Shown here one piece after another: positions 9,904-20,574 of a stretch of DNA of 32,000 bases (position 1 is its first letter; each line of letters opens with the position of its first letter). The position numbers were made by a program, and so were the translations under genes. Origin of the DNA: Synechococcus elongatus PCC 6301. Lineage in GTDB: Bacteria; Cyanobacteriota; Cyanobacteriia; Synechococcales; Synechococcaceae. The notes below the pieces were generated by a model. It made no database searches, was not told the DNA's origin, and saw only the letters and a program-made list of their open reading frames with translations. Location: contig NC_006576.1 of NCBI RefSeq assembly GCF_000010065.1, positions 930,001-962,000 of the forward strand. Direction: 5' to 3'.

Positions 9904-10104
9904 TCAAGCGTTCACAGAGCGACGGCGACTCCCTGCAAGCACAGGAGCCGTCGGGGGATTTAACTCAAAAATGGTCCAAGCAATATCGCTAGGGTTTGGA
10001 CTGACCGACTCCGAAAAAGCAGCGGCTGCTTGAGGGGTATCGAACGGTCCATAGAGCTTGCTGCCTGGTTTGCCGTTCCAGCGGACTTGCAACACAAAGT
10101 TCAC
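9904..10104 (-). CDS. Small hypothetical protein (66 aa)
   Basis: GTG start preceded by a near-perfect SD, AAGGAGG (reverse complement of 10114-10120), with a 9-nt spacer. The stop lies 10 nt before the cofH start, so the two are probably co-transcribed. Confidence 0.6.
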   Translation of the reverse strand: MNFVLQVRWNGKPGSKLYGPFDTPQAAAAFSESVSPNPSDIAWTIFELNPPTAPVLAGSRRRSVNA

Positions 10105-10277
10105 TGGTTTTGACCTCCTTCGCGCTAGCTTCAGTCTGACAGCCGTTTCCCAGCAAAGCTGTGTCGAATATCACGGTCACAGCCCTTTACGCCTTGTTTG
10201 GGATCAGCACCCCCAGAGTAGCCATTGTTCGCCAAAACGGGGGGCCGTGCAGAAAAGCTTCAAGATTCTTGGGCTGA

Positions 10278-10306
10278 TTTTGGGGAGCGGAATTCACCCC
10301 CCAAAA
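10278..10306 (-). other. Stable stem-loop just downstream of groEL2 (possible 3'-end or terminator structure)
   Basis: TTTTGGGG (10278-10285) and CCCCAAAA (10299-10306) form a perfect 8-bp stem with a 13-nt loop, 17 nt past the groEL2 stop. No U-tract follows the stem on either strand, so it is not a canonical terminator. Confidence 0.4.
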
Positions 10307-10322
10307 CTAAGGCGATCGCGGT

Positions 10323-12882
<2,560 letters not shown>

Positions 12883-12903
12883 TTACGATCTTGGCGGAAC
12901 CTT

Positions 12904-13929
12904 CTAGGCCAACAGCTTCTCGAGGGCTTGCAATTGCGGACCAGTTCCAAGGCAGAGCAGCAAGTCTCCGAGTTCGAGATAGGTGTCACCGGTGGGACTG
13001 GCCAGCAAGGTACCATCCGCCCGCCGAATCGCCAGAATTAGGGCGCCCGATCGCCCCCGTAAATCCGCTTCTCGCAGGGTGCGCCCAATAAATCGCGATC
13101 GCGGTTGCTCCAACAAAAACTCATCAATGTAGACCGACCGCTCACTGGCGGAAGTCAGATCATCAATGAAGTCGATCACTTGCGGTCGCCGCGCTGCCGC
13201 CGCCATCCGCCGTCCACCGGTGATGTAGGGCGAGACCACCGCATCTGCCCCGCCTCGACGCAGCTTTTGAACCGCCTCAGCAGAACTGGCACGGGCGATC
13301 GTCCGCAGGTTAGGATTCAAGGTTTTGGCCGACAGGATCGCGTAAAGATTGTCAGCATCAGACGGCATAGCCGCTACCAAACAGCGCGCCCGCTCAATTC
13401 CTGCTTTGATCAACACCTCATCGAGTGTGGCATCGCCGACAAAAGCCTGAAGTCCTGCCGCGATCGCCGTATCAATTGCACTTTCATCGTTATCTAAAAC
13501 GACAAAAGGCAATGCTTCTGCGTTGAACTCGCGGGCAATTTCTTGTCCAGTGCGACCAAAGCCGCAAATGATGTAGTGATTGTGCAAGCGATTGAGTAAG
13601 TGTCGTAGTCGGCGATCGCGCAGCCTCTCTTGGAAGTATCCCTCGGCCAAGGCTTCGGTGGCAGTCTTGATCACATAGCCAATCAAGATCAATCCTGCCA
13701 AGATCAGCAGGATCGTAAATAGCCGACCCTTGGGACTGAGGGGATTCACTTCCCCAAATCCCACCGTCGCTAGCGTCGTGATTGTCATGTACAGAGCATC
13801 TAGCCCTGTCCAGCCTTCAATCAGCTGGTAGCCCAAGGTGCCGACAACAATCAGCAGGACTAACGCCCAGACGCTATTGACCAGATTGCGACGGTGATCA
13901 AGACTTCGCCGCGATCGCTGTGGCTCCAT
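12904..13929 (-). CDS. Two-TM potassium channel with RCK (TrkA-N/TrkA-C) domain, MthK-like
   Basis: Selectivity filter TTLATVGFGE lies between two TM helices. It is followed by a Rossmann-like ICGFGRTGQEIA (TrkA-N) and a C-terminal TrkA-C-like segment. Confidence 0.85.
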   Translation of the reverse strand: MEPQRSRRSLDHRRNLVNSVWALVLLIVVGTLGYQLIEGWTGLDALYMTITTLATVGFGEVNPLSPKGRLFTILLILAGLILIGYVIKTATEALAEGYFQERLRDRRLRHLLNRLHNHYIICGFGRTGQEIAREFNAEALPFVVLDNDESAIDTAIAAGLQAFVGDATLDEVLIKAGIERARCLVAAMPSDADNLYAILSAKTLNPNLRTIARASSAEAVQKLRRGGADAVVSPYITGGRRMAAAARRPQVIDFIDDLTSASERSVYIDEFLLEQPRSRFIGRTLREADLRGRSGALILAIRRADGTLLASPTGDTYLELGDLLLCLGTGPQLQALEKLLA

Positions 13930-13965
13930 GCTGCCTCGCTCAATCTGAGCGGTGGAGGAAGATCG

Positions 13966-14925
13966 CTAGCGACCGAAGAGGCGATCGATGATTTCCTGGG
14001 GTGGAACCGTCGCCACGTCAACACCCTCCGCCTTGATGCCGATGAACCGATCATCTGCTGGCAGCAGCTTCGCCGGTTCAAAGGGACCAAACAGGGCGAT
14101 CGTCCTTGTCCCGCTCGCCACGGCTAAATGCATCGGTGCACTATCGGTACAGAGCATCAGATCAGCTCCAGCAATGATCGCAGCAAGTTTGCCGATGTCT
14201 GGCGGCTGCACCACTTGGAAGTCGAGATTGGATTTGCGCAGTTCCGCTACAAACTCCGCATCGTCGGGGCCTTGCACCACCACAAAAGGCAGGCTAGGAC
14301 GCTGTTCGCGAATCGATCGCAACACGATCGCCCATTTCTCAACGGGATAGACCTTCTGCAAACCCTTGAGCTTGGCCAGCGTGCTCGAACCGCCGTGCAG
14401 GACGAGGTAACCCTGGCCTGCCAGCCCCAATCGTTGCTGTTCTGCCGTTGCCCAATCCAAATCTTGCCGAGCCAACGTCAGCTTAGGATTCGGGCAGGGA
14501 GTATTAATACCAAAGCCTTGCAAGAGATCGTGGTAGAGCGCTCCCGCATACTGTTCACGGTTGAGCGGCACCGCATCCGTGAGAAAAATTTTGCCGCGAC
14601 CCGCATAGCCCACCCGTTTGGGAATGCCGGTCAACCAGAGGAAGAGACCCACCAGCGATCGCTGGCCAAGGGAGAGCACCGCTTCGTATTCCCGCTCGCG
14701 AATGGAGCCGAGCAAATTGCCCCAGTCGGCCAAGCTGTTGCGATCTTTGAAATCGAACGGAAAGACTTGGTCTACCTCGGCGCAGACCCGATAAGCACCC
14801 ACGGCGCGAGGCTCAACGACGACATCAATCTGAGCCTGCGGATAGTACTTTTTGAGATCGGCGACCGTCGGGAAGAAGAGAATCTGGTCACCGATACCGC
14901 CCGGAACCAGGGCCAAAATGCGCAT
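13966..14925 (-). CDS. Glycosyltransferase family 9 (heptosyltransferase-like)
   Basis: 319 aa with N-terminal MRILALVPGGIGDQILFFPTVADLKKYYP and C-terminal CTDSAPMHLAVASGTRTIALFGP, both typical of GT9. Confidence 0.8.
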   Translation of the reverse strand: MRILALVPGGIGDQILFFPTVADLKKYYPQAQIDVVVEPRAVGAYRVCAEVDQVFPFDFKDRNSLADWGNLLGSIREREYEAVLSLGQRSLVGLFLWLTGIPKRVGYAGRGKIFLTDAVPLNREQYAGALYHDLLQGFGINTPCPNPKLTLARQDLDWATAEQQRLGLAGQGYLVLHGGSSTLAKLKGLQKVYPVEKWAIVLRSIREQRPSLPFVVVQGPDDAEFVAELRKSNLDFQVVQPPDIGKLAAIIAGADLMLCTDSAPMHLAVASGTRTIALFGPFEPAKLLPADDRFIGIKAEGVDVATVPPQEIIDRLFGR

Positions 14926-15008
14926 GGGAATCGGGGTAAGCTGAAGTCCGATCTATTCTATGGGACGCTTGCACCCGCCTCGCTAGGGCTTGCAACGGAA
15001 CAATAACC

Positions 15009-15707
15009 TTGCATCTGCTGATTCCTGCCGCTGGTTCAGGTCGTCGCTTCGGTGCCGATCGCAATAAACTCCTGCTGCCACTCCTGGGTCAGCCGGTTCT
15101 GGCCTGGGCCCTACAAGCCGCCGATCAAGCTCAGTCGATCACTTGGATTGGCATCATTGGGCAGCCAGGCGATCGCGCGGATATGGAAGCGTTGGTTGAT
15201 CAGCTCCAGCTTGCAACCCCTGTCAGCTGGATTCAGGGCGGCCGAGAACGCCAGGAATCGGTGTTTAATGGCCTGCGATCGCTGCCCAGTGGGGCTCAGC
15301 AAGTTTTAATCCATGACGGCGCCCGCTGTTTGGCAACGCCTACCCTCTTCGATCGCTGTAGCGCGGCACTCCAGACTTGTCCTGCTTTCGTGGCGGCCGT
15401 TCCAGTCAAAGACACGATCAAACAAGTTGCTGCTGATGGCACAATCGCCGCAACCCCCGATCGCTCAACTCTCTGGGCCGCCCAAACTCCCCAGGGCTTT
15501 ACCGTTGAGTCGCTGCTGCGTTGCCATCGTCAGGGCCTAAAACAACAGCTTGCTGTGACCGATGACGCCGCGCTCCTCGAAGCGTTTGGTTTGCCCGTGC
15601 AGATTGTTGAAGGCGAAGAGACCAATCTCAAGGTGACCACACCGGCGGATCTAGCGATCGCAGAATTAATTCTCAAACAGCGACAGTTTACTGCTGCGAT
15701 CGCCTAG
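15009..15707 (+). CDS. ispD: 2-C-methyl-D-erythritol 4-phosphate cytidylyltransferase
   Basis: 232 aa with N-terminal LIPAAGSGRRFG plus VLIHDGARC and TPQGF motifs. TTG start at 15009. Confidence 0.9.
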   Translation: MHLLIPAAGSGRRFGADRNKLLLPLLGQPVLAWALQAADQAQSITWIGIIGQPGDRADMEALVDQLQLATPVSWIQGGRERQESVFNGLRSLPSGAQQVLIHDGARCLATPTLFDRCSAALQTCPAFVAAVPVKDTIKQVAADGTIAATPDRSTLWAAQTPQGFTVESLLRCHRQGLKQQLAVTDDAALLEAFGLPVQIVEGEETNLKVTTPADLAIAELILKQRQFTAAIA

Positions 15708-15721
15708 GGGAGCAGCAACAA

Positions 15722-16537
15722 TTAGCGTTCTTTACCTCGGACTGCCAAGGGTTTTGCAGCAGTGAGTAAAGCCAGACGAACCGAGCGTTGAGTCTGCGGC
15801 TGGGAGGCTGGAATTTGAGTGCCTAGGAGTCGATCCCAAAACGTGAAGTACAGACCGTAGTGAAAGCTGTAGCGTTGATGGTGAAGCAGATGATGCTGGG
15901 GTCCGATCAACCACTGAGCCAGCCACTGAGAAACCCCTGAATCGGGGAACAGTGAGAAGCCCAAATGGTTGAAAACAGACCAAAGGGTCATAGTCACCAA
16001 GGCAGCCAGCAAAATGCCAACGTGAACTGGGAAAACAAAAACAATGCCAATAATCAGCAGTGCCTGCATCACTGCTTCGGGTAGATCAAAGGCAAAGGAG
16101 GTCCAGGGTGTTGGGCATTGCGAACGATGATGACCCCGATGTACCCAGCGAAATAACCAAGGCTGATGAAAGAGTCGATGACAGAAATAAAAACTAGTAT
16201 CTTGCAGAATCAGAACCAGAAAGAAGCTAAAGATTAAATAAAAAAATCCATATTGACTAACATCTGTGTAGAGCCGCGTATGGATCAGCACTGGAGTAGA
16301 AGTCAACCAAGAAGCTAATAGGGCAAAGACTAAAGCCGAGGCTATCGAAAGCCCAACATCTGAGCGAATTGACTTCTTCCAAGTCGGCCAATGCTTCACT
16401 CTCCTGCGAGTAGATCGCTCTGCCAAAAAGCCATAAAAGAGCCAGTAGAGTCCTCCAGCAATCAGTAGATAACGTCCTAAGATCAGGCCGAAGAAGATCA
16501 AGCTATCAGGACTCAAAGAGCGATCAAGCAGGTTCAC
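15722..16537 (-). CDS. Fatty acid hydroxylase / sterol desaturase superfamily membrane protein
   Basis: 271 aa, polytopic, with the three His boxes of the family (HRLFH, HRGHH, HHLLHH). GC in sampled 60-nt lines is mostly about 47% against about 57-62% in the flanking genes. It contains no HIP1 sites. Confidence 0.8.
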   Translation of the reverse strand: MNLLDRSLSPDSLIFFGLILGRYLLIAGGLYWLFYGFLAERSTRRRVKHWPTWKKSIRSDVGLSIASALVFALLASWLTSTPVLIHTRLYTDVSQYGFFYLIFSFFLVLILQDTSFYFCHRLFHQPWLFRWVHRGHHRSQCPTPWTSFAFDLPEAVMQALLIIGIVFVFPVHVGILLAALVTMTLWSVFNHLGFSLFPDSGVSQWLAQWLIGPQHHLLHHQRYSFHYGLYFTFWDRLLGTQIPASQPQTQRSVRLALLTAAKPLAVRGKER

Positions 16538-16640
16538 GAAACCTCGAATTAAGTGAGAGTACCGCTCTCTGTATAACGACTTTTAGCGCAAAAGAGTATA
16601 AAGACAAGTCAATAATTACAGAGTCTACCAACAGACTTTA

Positions 16641-16676
16641 ACAATTAAAAAAGCTTAGACAAAGATGTCTAAGCTT
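16641..16676 (-). terminator. Rho-independent terminator of the rbp gene
   Basis: Perfect 10-bp inverted repeat AAGCTTAGAC (16651-16660) / GTCTAAGCTT (16667-16676) with a 6-nt loop. On the minus strand it is followed by TTTTAATTGT. It lies 87 nt downstream of the rbp stop. Confidence 0.7.
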
Positions 16677-16762
16677 CGGATTAAAACTGGATCACTCATC
16701 TAGAGATTAAGTGATTCAATTTAAATTTCAGTGAATGTTTGCAATGGTTCTAAGCAGGCAGC

Positions 16763-17086
16763 TTAGTAGTTGCGGTAACCACCGCCACCGCCACCACCGC
16801 GACGGCCACCGCCACCGCCGAACGAGCCGCCACCACTGCGCTCCTCACGGGGCTTTGCTTTGTTGACGCGGAGGCCTCGGCCCATCCACTCAGCTCCGCC
16901 AAGTGCAGCAATCGCAGCATCTTCTTCTGCATCAGCGCTCATTTCGACAAAACCGAAACCACGCATCCGACCGGTTTCACGATCGATAGGCAGTTGAACT
17001 CGCTTGACCGCACCATACTCCGTAAATACGGCGGTCAAGTCAGCTTCTGTAACCTCGTAGGACAGGTTACCAACGTAAATAGACAT
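16763..17086 (-). CDS. rbp: Glycine-rich RNA-binding protein (single RRM)
   Basis: 107 aa with RNP2 IYVGNL, RNP1 RGFGFVEM and a C-terminal GGGSFGGGGGRRGGGGGGGYRNY tail. This is the class-I cyanobacterial Rbp architecture. Confidence 0.93.
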   Translation of the reverse strand: MSIYVGNLSYEVTEADLTAVFTEYGAVKRVQLPIDRETGRMRGFGFVEMSADAEEDAAIAALGGAEWMGRGLRVNKAKPREERSGGGSFGGGGGRRGGGGGGGYRNY

Positions 17087-17093
17087 GGAGTTG

Positions 17094-17130
17094 TCTCCGA
17101 AAGAGAGAGTTGAGAGCGAAATTTCGGAGA
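17094..17130 (-). promoter_or_regulatory. 5'-UTR hairpin sequestering the rbp Shine-Dalgarno
   Basis: On the mRNA strand, (U)CUCCGAAA - 19-nt loop - UUUCGGAG(A) forms a 9-bp stem. The 3' arm contains GGAG exactly 8 nt upstream of the ATG at 17086. Confidence 0.5.
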
Positions 17131-17358
17131 GAACTATGCCAACAAGGACTGAAAAGACTCGTCAGGACTAGAAACACTACAGCCGATATTTTCTCTAGCC
17201 CCCAGCCTAGCATTCCCAGCCTCTCTTCGTGTGAGATGACAATATGTGAAGGATTAAAAGTTTTCATGGTTCGGCAACAGGGCGCTTACCACTGTGTCCT
17301 ACAACAATTTTGTCGTTTGGATTTGCCGTTTGGATTCAAGAGAAGTTGGACTTTGAAA

Positions 17359-17430
17359 TGGGCACTACTGGATTCGAACCAGTGACTTACTGCTTGTAAG
17401 GCAGCCACTCTACCGCTGAGTTAAGCGCCC
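17359..17430 (-). tRNA. tRNA-Val (anticodon UAC)
   Basis: Reverse complement is GGGCGCTTAACTCAGCGGTAGAGTGGCTGCCTTACAAGCAGTAAGTCACTGGTTCGAATCCAGTAGTGCCCA. It folds as a cloverleaf with a 7-bp acceptor, 4-bp D stem, 5-bp anticodon stem with loop CTTACAA, and a T arm ACTGG-TTCGAAT-CCAGT. The 3' CCA is not encoded. Confidence 0.93.
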
Positions 17431-17468
17431 GCGATTCGCGATCGTATTAGAAGATACCATGGCACCGT

Positions 17469-18104
17469 CTAGTGCTCAAACACACTGCCAAACTGGGCCA
17501 GATCGAGGGCCGCGAAGGTGGGAAGACAGGCAAAGCAATCTTGGGCCAACTGCCAGCGACCTTCACGCTGCAGCATCGTCGTCAATTTTGCCTGAGCAGC
17601 CAAGAGATAGCGCACGTCATTGCAGGCGTAGCGCATCTGCTCATGGGAGAGCGCTGCAGCATTGCCCCAGTCAGAACTTTGGGCTGTCTTGTCCAGCTCG
17701 ACACCCACCAACTCCTGGAGCAGGCTTTTTAAGCCGTGCTGTGAGCTATAGGTGCGTGCTAGTTTGCTGGCGATCTTGGTGCAAAAAATGGGCTGAACCG
17801 CAATCCCAAGGCCATGCTTGAGGGCGGTGATGTCGAAGCGGGCGAAGTGGAAGACCTTGGTAATTTGCGGATCCTCGCAGAGGGCTTGCAAATTCGGGGC
17901 GACGGTTTGCCCTTGGGCGATGCGCACGCAGGTTGTAATTCCCGCTGAATCGCAGAGTTGCACTAGGCAAAGGCGATCGCGGTGGAAATTCAGCCCCATT
18001 GCCTCGGTGTCGATGGCGATCGCAGGGGACTGCCGATATTGCGCTAGCAACTCATCTGTTAAGTCTTGTTCACACAGATGAAAGTCTGAGTCGATGCTAG
18101 ACAT
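17469..18104 (-). CDS. rnd: DEDDy 3'-5' exonuclease, RNase D-like (exonuclease domain only, no HRDC)
   Basis: 211 aa with Exo motifs IAIDTEAMGL (DxE), HFARFDITAL and YACNDVRYL (Yx3D). Confidence 0.8.
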   Translation of the reverse strand: MSSIDSDFHLCEQDLTDELLAQYRQSPAIAIDTEAMGLNFHRDRLCLVQLCDSAGITTCVRIAQGQTVAPNLQALCEDPQITKVFHFARFDITALKHGLGIAVQPIFCTKIASKLARTYSSQHGLKSLLQELVGVELDKTAQSSDWGNAAALSHEQMRYACNDVRYLLAAQAKLTTMLQREGRWQLAQDCFACLPTFAALDLAQFGSVFEH

Positions 18105-18342
18105 GCGAGTGTTCGGCTCCTGTGTGGGCGATCGGCGGCTACAGAAAGGAGAAGCTGCTGCTTCTATCTAACGAGAAGAGTGGATTTTTTCTCAATCCCC
18201 GCAGAGAATAAAAAAGACAGACTCAATCAGGTAATCCCTGTCTGTAACCAGTTCAGATGCTGCGACGACACAGGCTGAGCTGCTGTCAACGGTGTGAGGG
18301 ATCAACTTAGGGCTGCGTTGCACCGACTCATGCGTTGGCGAA

Positions 18343-18789
18343 ATGTCGAGCGGGGTAGCGGCACCCCAGCCAAGTTCTTGCGTCCCTTCGCGCGTGAGTG
18401 TTCTCAGCATGGACTTTGAAGACATCTATCGTTTTTTCCAAGATCCGCCCCCGCACTATCTGAGTAAAGAGTTAGCAGTCTGCTATGTGTTGGCGGTGCT
18501 TCGGCACGAAGACTCCTACGGCACTGAGCTGATCCAGCACTTGGAAACGCATTGGCCCAACTATCGCCTCTCGGACACGGTGCTCTACACTGCACTCAAG
18601 TTCCTTGAGGATGAGCAGATCATTTCGGGCTATTGGAAAAAAGTAGAGGGCCGAGGGCGACCCCGCCGCATGTATCAATTGGCTCAAGCCAACGATGATC
18701 GCTCGCGGGATCTGGCCCAACTTTGGGAGAGATATCTGAGCTCGTCGGCCGCTACCGATCGTCAATTGATCCCTGTCGAAGCACGCTGA
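18343..18789 (+). CDS. pex: PadR-family winged-helix regulator, probably the circadian period-extender Pex
   Basis: PadR core AVCYVLAVLRHEDSYGTELIQHLE...LYTALKFLEDEQIISGYWKKVEGRGRPRRMY. The ATG at 18343 gives 148 aa, which matches my recollection of Pex from S. elongatus (from memory, not searched). An alternative ATG lies at 18409 (MDFEDIY...). Confidence 0.75.
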   Translation: MSSGVAAPQPSSCVPSRVSVLSMDFEDIYRFFQDPPPHYLSKELAVCYVLAVLRHEDSYGTELIQHLETHWPNYRLSDTVLYTALKFLEDEQIISGYWKKVEGRGRPRRMYQLAQANDDRSRDLAQLWERYLSSSAATDRQLIPVEAR

Positions 18790-19972
18790 AAATCTGACCC
18801 GCGATCGCGGCGGAACCACCTGGGGAGCCCACTCGCGCTTGCCCATTCTGTCGACAGCGCTCGGGTTGGGTAGGATCCTGCAGAGTCTGGAGAATGACTT
18901 GAGCCGCTTGGGTCAGATCGGCAGGCTGAGCGGGAGTTTTGCCAATCGTCTGCACTGAATCTGTTCCGAGGAGCCGCTCTTGGGCTTCAGCAAAGCGATA
19001 AGTAAACTGCGGGCCAGCGCCAATCAGTTGGACCACAGGTTTACCTAGGCCAACGGCCTGCTCAACTGCGGTACCAGCCATGCCGATCACCAGCTGACTG
19101 GCTTGCAAAATTTCGGCAAAGGCATCGCTCCGACAGTGAACCTCCAAACGGCGATCGCCCACGGAAGTTAAGAGGCGATCGCGGCCATCAAACTGCCAAC
19201 CGAGATCCATAGCAATCGCCTGGAGTTGAGTGGCATCGATTGCAGGCACGATCGCAGCTGCAAAGGCAAAGTCACCCCATTTGGCTAATTCCTGACAGAG
19301 TCGGAGCTGGAGCTTGAGATTGGCGATCGCTTCCGGGAGACGACTACCTGCCAGCAGGGCAATCAAGGGACATTGCGGATCCAGCACCAGCTCAGCCCCC
19401 TGTCCCTGCAAAGCATCCATGATCGGATAGCCACAGAAAATGGCTTTGGCAAAGCCTCGGCTCTGTAAATCCGCTGCCGTAAACGCATCACGACAGAAAA
19501 TCTGCCGACAGCGAGGCGATCGCAACAGTCGCTGTGTCAGCCAAGGCAGCCGCAATCGTCCTTCGTAGTAGCTAGAAGTCGAGACTAGAAAAGCAACAAA
19601 GGGACGGCCCGTCAGACTGGCCAGCGCGATCGGCACCACATCCCCAACGGCCACAACCAGTTTGAACTGCTGGCGCAATCGCCAAATGGCTGCAATTTGC
19701 CGCAGACTGAGCAGCACGAGTCCCTGGGCGAGATCCCGCACCAATACCCACGGATTCATGTAGAGCAAACCACCCGAAGGCATTGACTCAGTGGGGCCAA
19801 TGATCGGAACGCCCAGCTTGCGATAGGCATGACCCGCACCGACGATTGGTTGCGCCGCGATCGCCAACTGGGGATTAACCGTTTGAATCGCCTTCACGAT
19901 CAAGCTGGCGTTGAGATCTTCACCGTGGCCATTGCTGAGGAAAAGCAGATCAGGCATGGTTGTGCGCCTCAT
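18752..19972 (-). CDS. Lipid-A-disaccharide-synthase-related glycosyltransferase-like protein (cyanobacterial LpxB-like family)
   Basis: 406 aa with an N-terminal LFLSNGHGEDLNASLIVKAI motif and a GT-B-like layout. The start is either the ATG at 19972 or the ATG at 19957, the latter preceded by GAGG. Confidence 0.7.
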   Translation of the reverse strand: MRRTTMPDLLFLSNGHGEDLNASLIVKAIQTVNPQLAIAAQPIVGAGHAYRKLGVPIIGPTESMPSGGLLYMNPWVLVRDLAQGLVLLSLRQIAAIWRLRQQFKLVVAVGDVVPIALASLTGRPFVAFLVSTSSYYEGRLRLPWLTQRLLRSPRCRQIFCRDAFTAADLQSRGFAKAIFCGYPIMDALQGQGAELVLDPQCPLIALLAGSRLPEAIANLKLQLRLCQELAKWGDFAFAAAIVPAIDATQLQAIAMDLGWQFDGRDRLLTSVGDRRLEVHCRSDAFAEILQASQLVIGMAGTAVEQAVGLGKPVVQLIGAGPQFTYRFAEAQERLLGTDSVQTIGKTPAQPADLTQAAQVILQTLQDPTQPERCRQNGQARVGSPGGSAAIAGQIFSVLRQGSIDDR

Positions 19973-20052
19973 CCGCTCGCTGTGGTCGCCCAGCGCGATC
20001 GCCTAGATCAGTAGAGTAGAGAGCAGTGCTGCCGTTGTGTTTTTGAACCGCT

Positions 20053-20574
20053 ATGTCCGATCGTGTCACGCTCGCCTCGGTCTTTTTCATCACGCTACTG
20101 CCCGTGATTGGGCTCGTCTTCTTTATTCGAGGCTCCTTCAAAGATCGGACGACGACACAGCTATTTGAAAGTGACCTCGATCGTCCCACCTTGATTGCGC
20201 GTCTCCAGGACTATTTCCGCAGTCGAGCCTACCGCGTGATCGAAAATGATCCGACAGAGCAGCGGGTCGTTTTTGAAGGGATTGTTGCACCCAGCCTATT
20301 TTTGGCAGTGTTCGTGGCAACCTTGGCTGCCACTGGGCTGGGTTGTTTGGGCTTGGTGGTGGCGATTGCGACTGGAAGCAGCCCCCAACTAGCCTTGATC
20401 CCAGCGACCCTAGCACCGATCGCCGGTCGCCTGTACTGGCAAAAAGCCAAACGGCCGGAACGGGTCACACTGGCTTTTACTGCAGCGGACCGCTCAGACT
20501 TAACTGTGACGGCCCACCGCGATGAGTTGATCACCCTGACCCAATCGTTGCCCCTACGCGCCTTGGAATCCTAG
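20053..20574 (+). CDS. Hypothetical three-TM membrane protein (possibly CCB1/DUF3529-like)
   Basis: 173 aa. It has an N-terminal TM followed by [11 protein letters not shown], a soluble segment, then two C-terminal TM helices. The family assignment is a weak recollection only. Confidence 0.55.
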   Translation: MSDRVTLASVFFITLLPVIGLVFFIRGSFKDRTTTQLFESDLDRPTLIARLQDYFRSRAYRVIENDPTEQRVVFEGIVAPSLFLAVFVATLAATGLGCLGLVVAIATGSSPQLALIPATLAPIAGRLYWQKAKRPERVTLAFTAADRSDLTVTAHRDELITLTQSLPLRALES

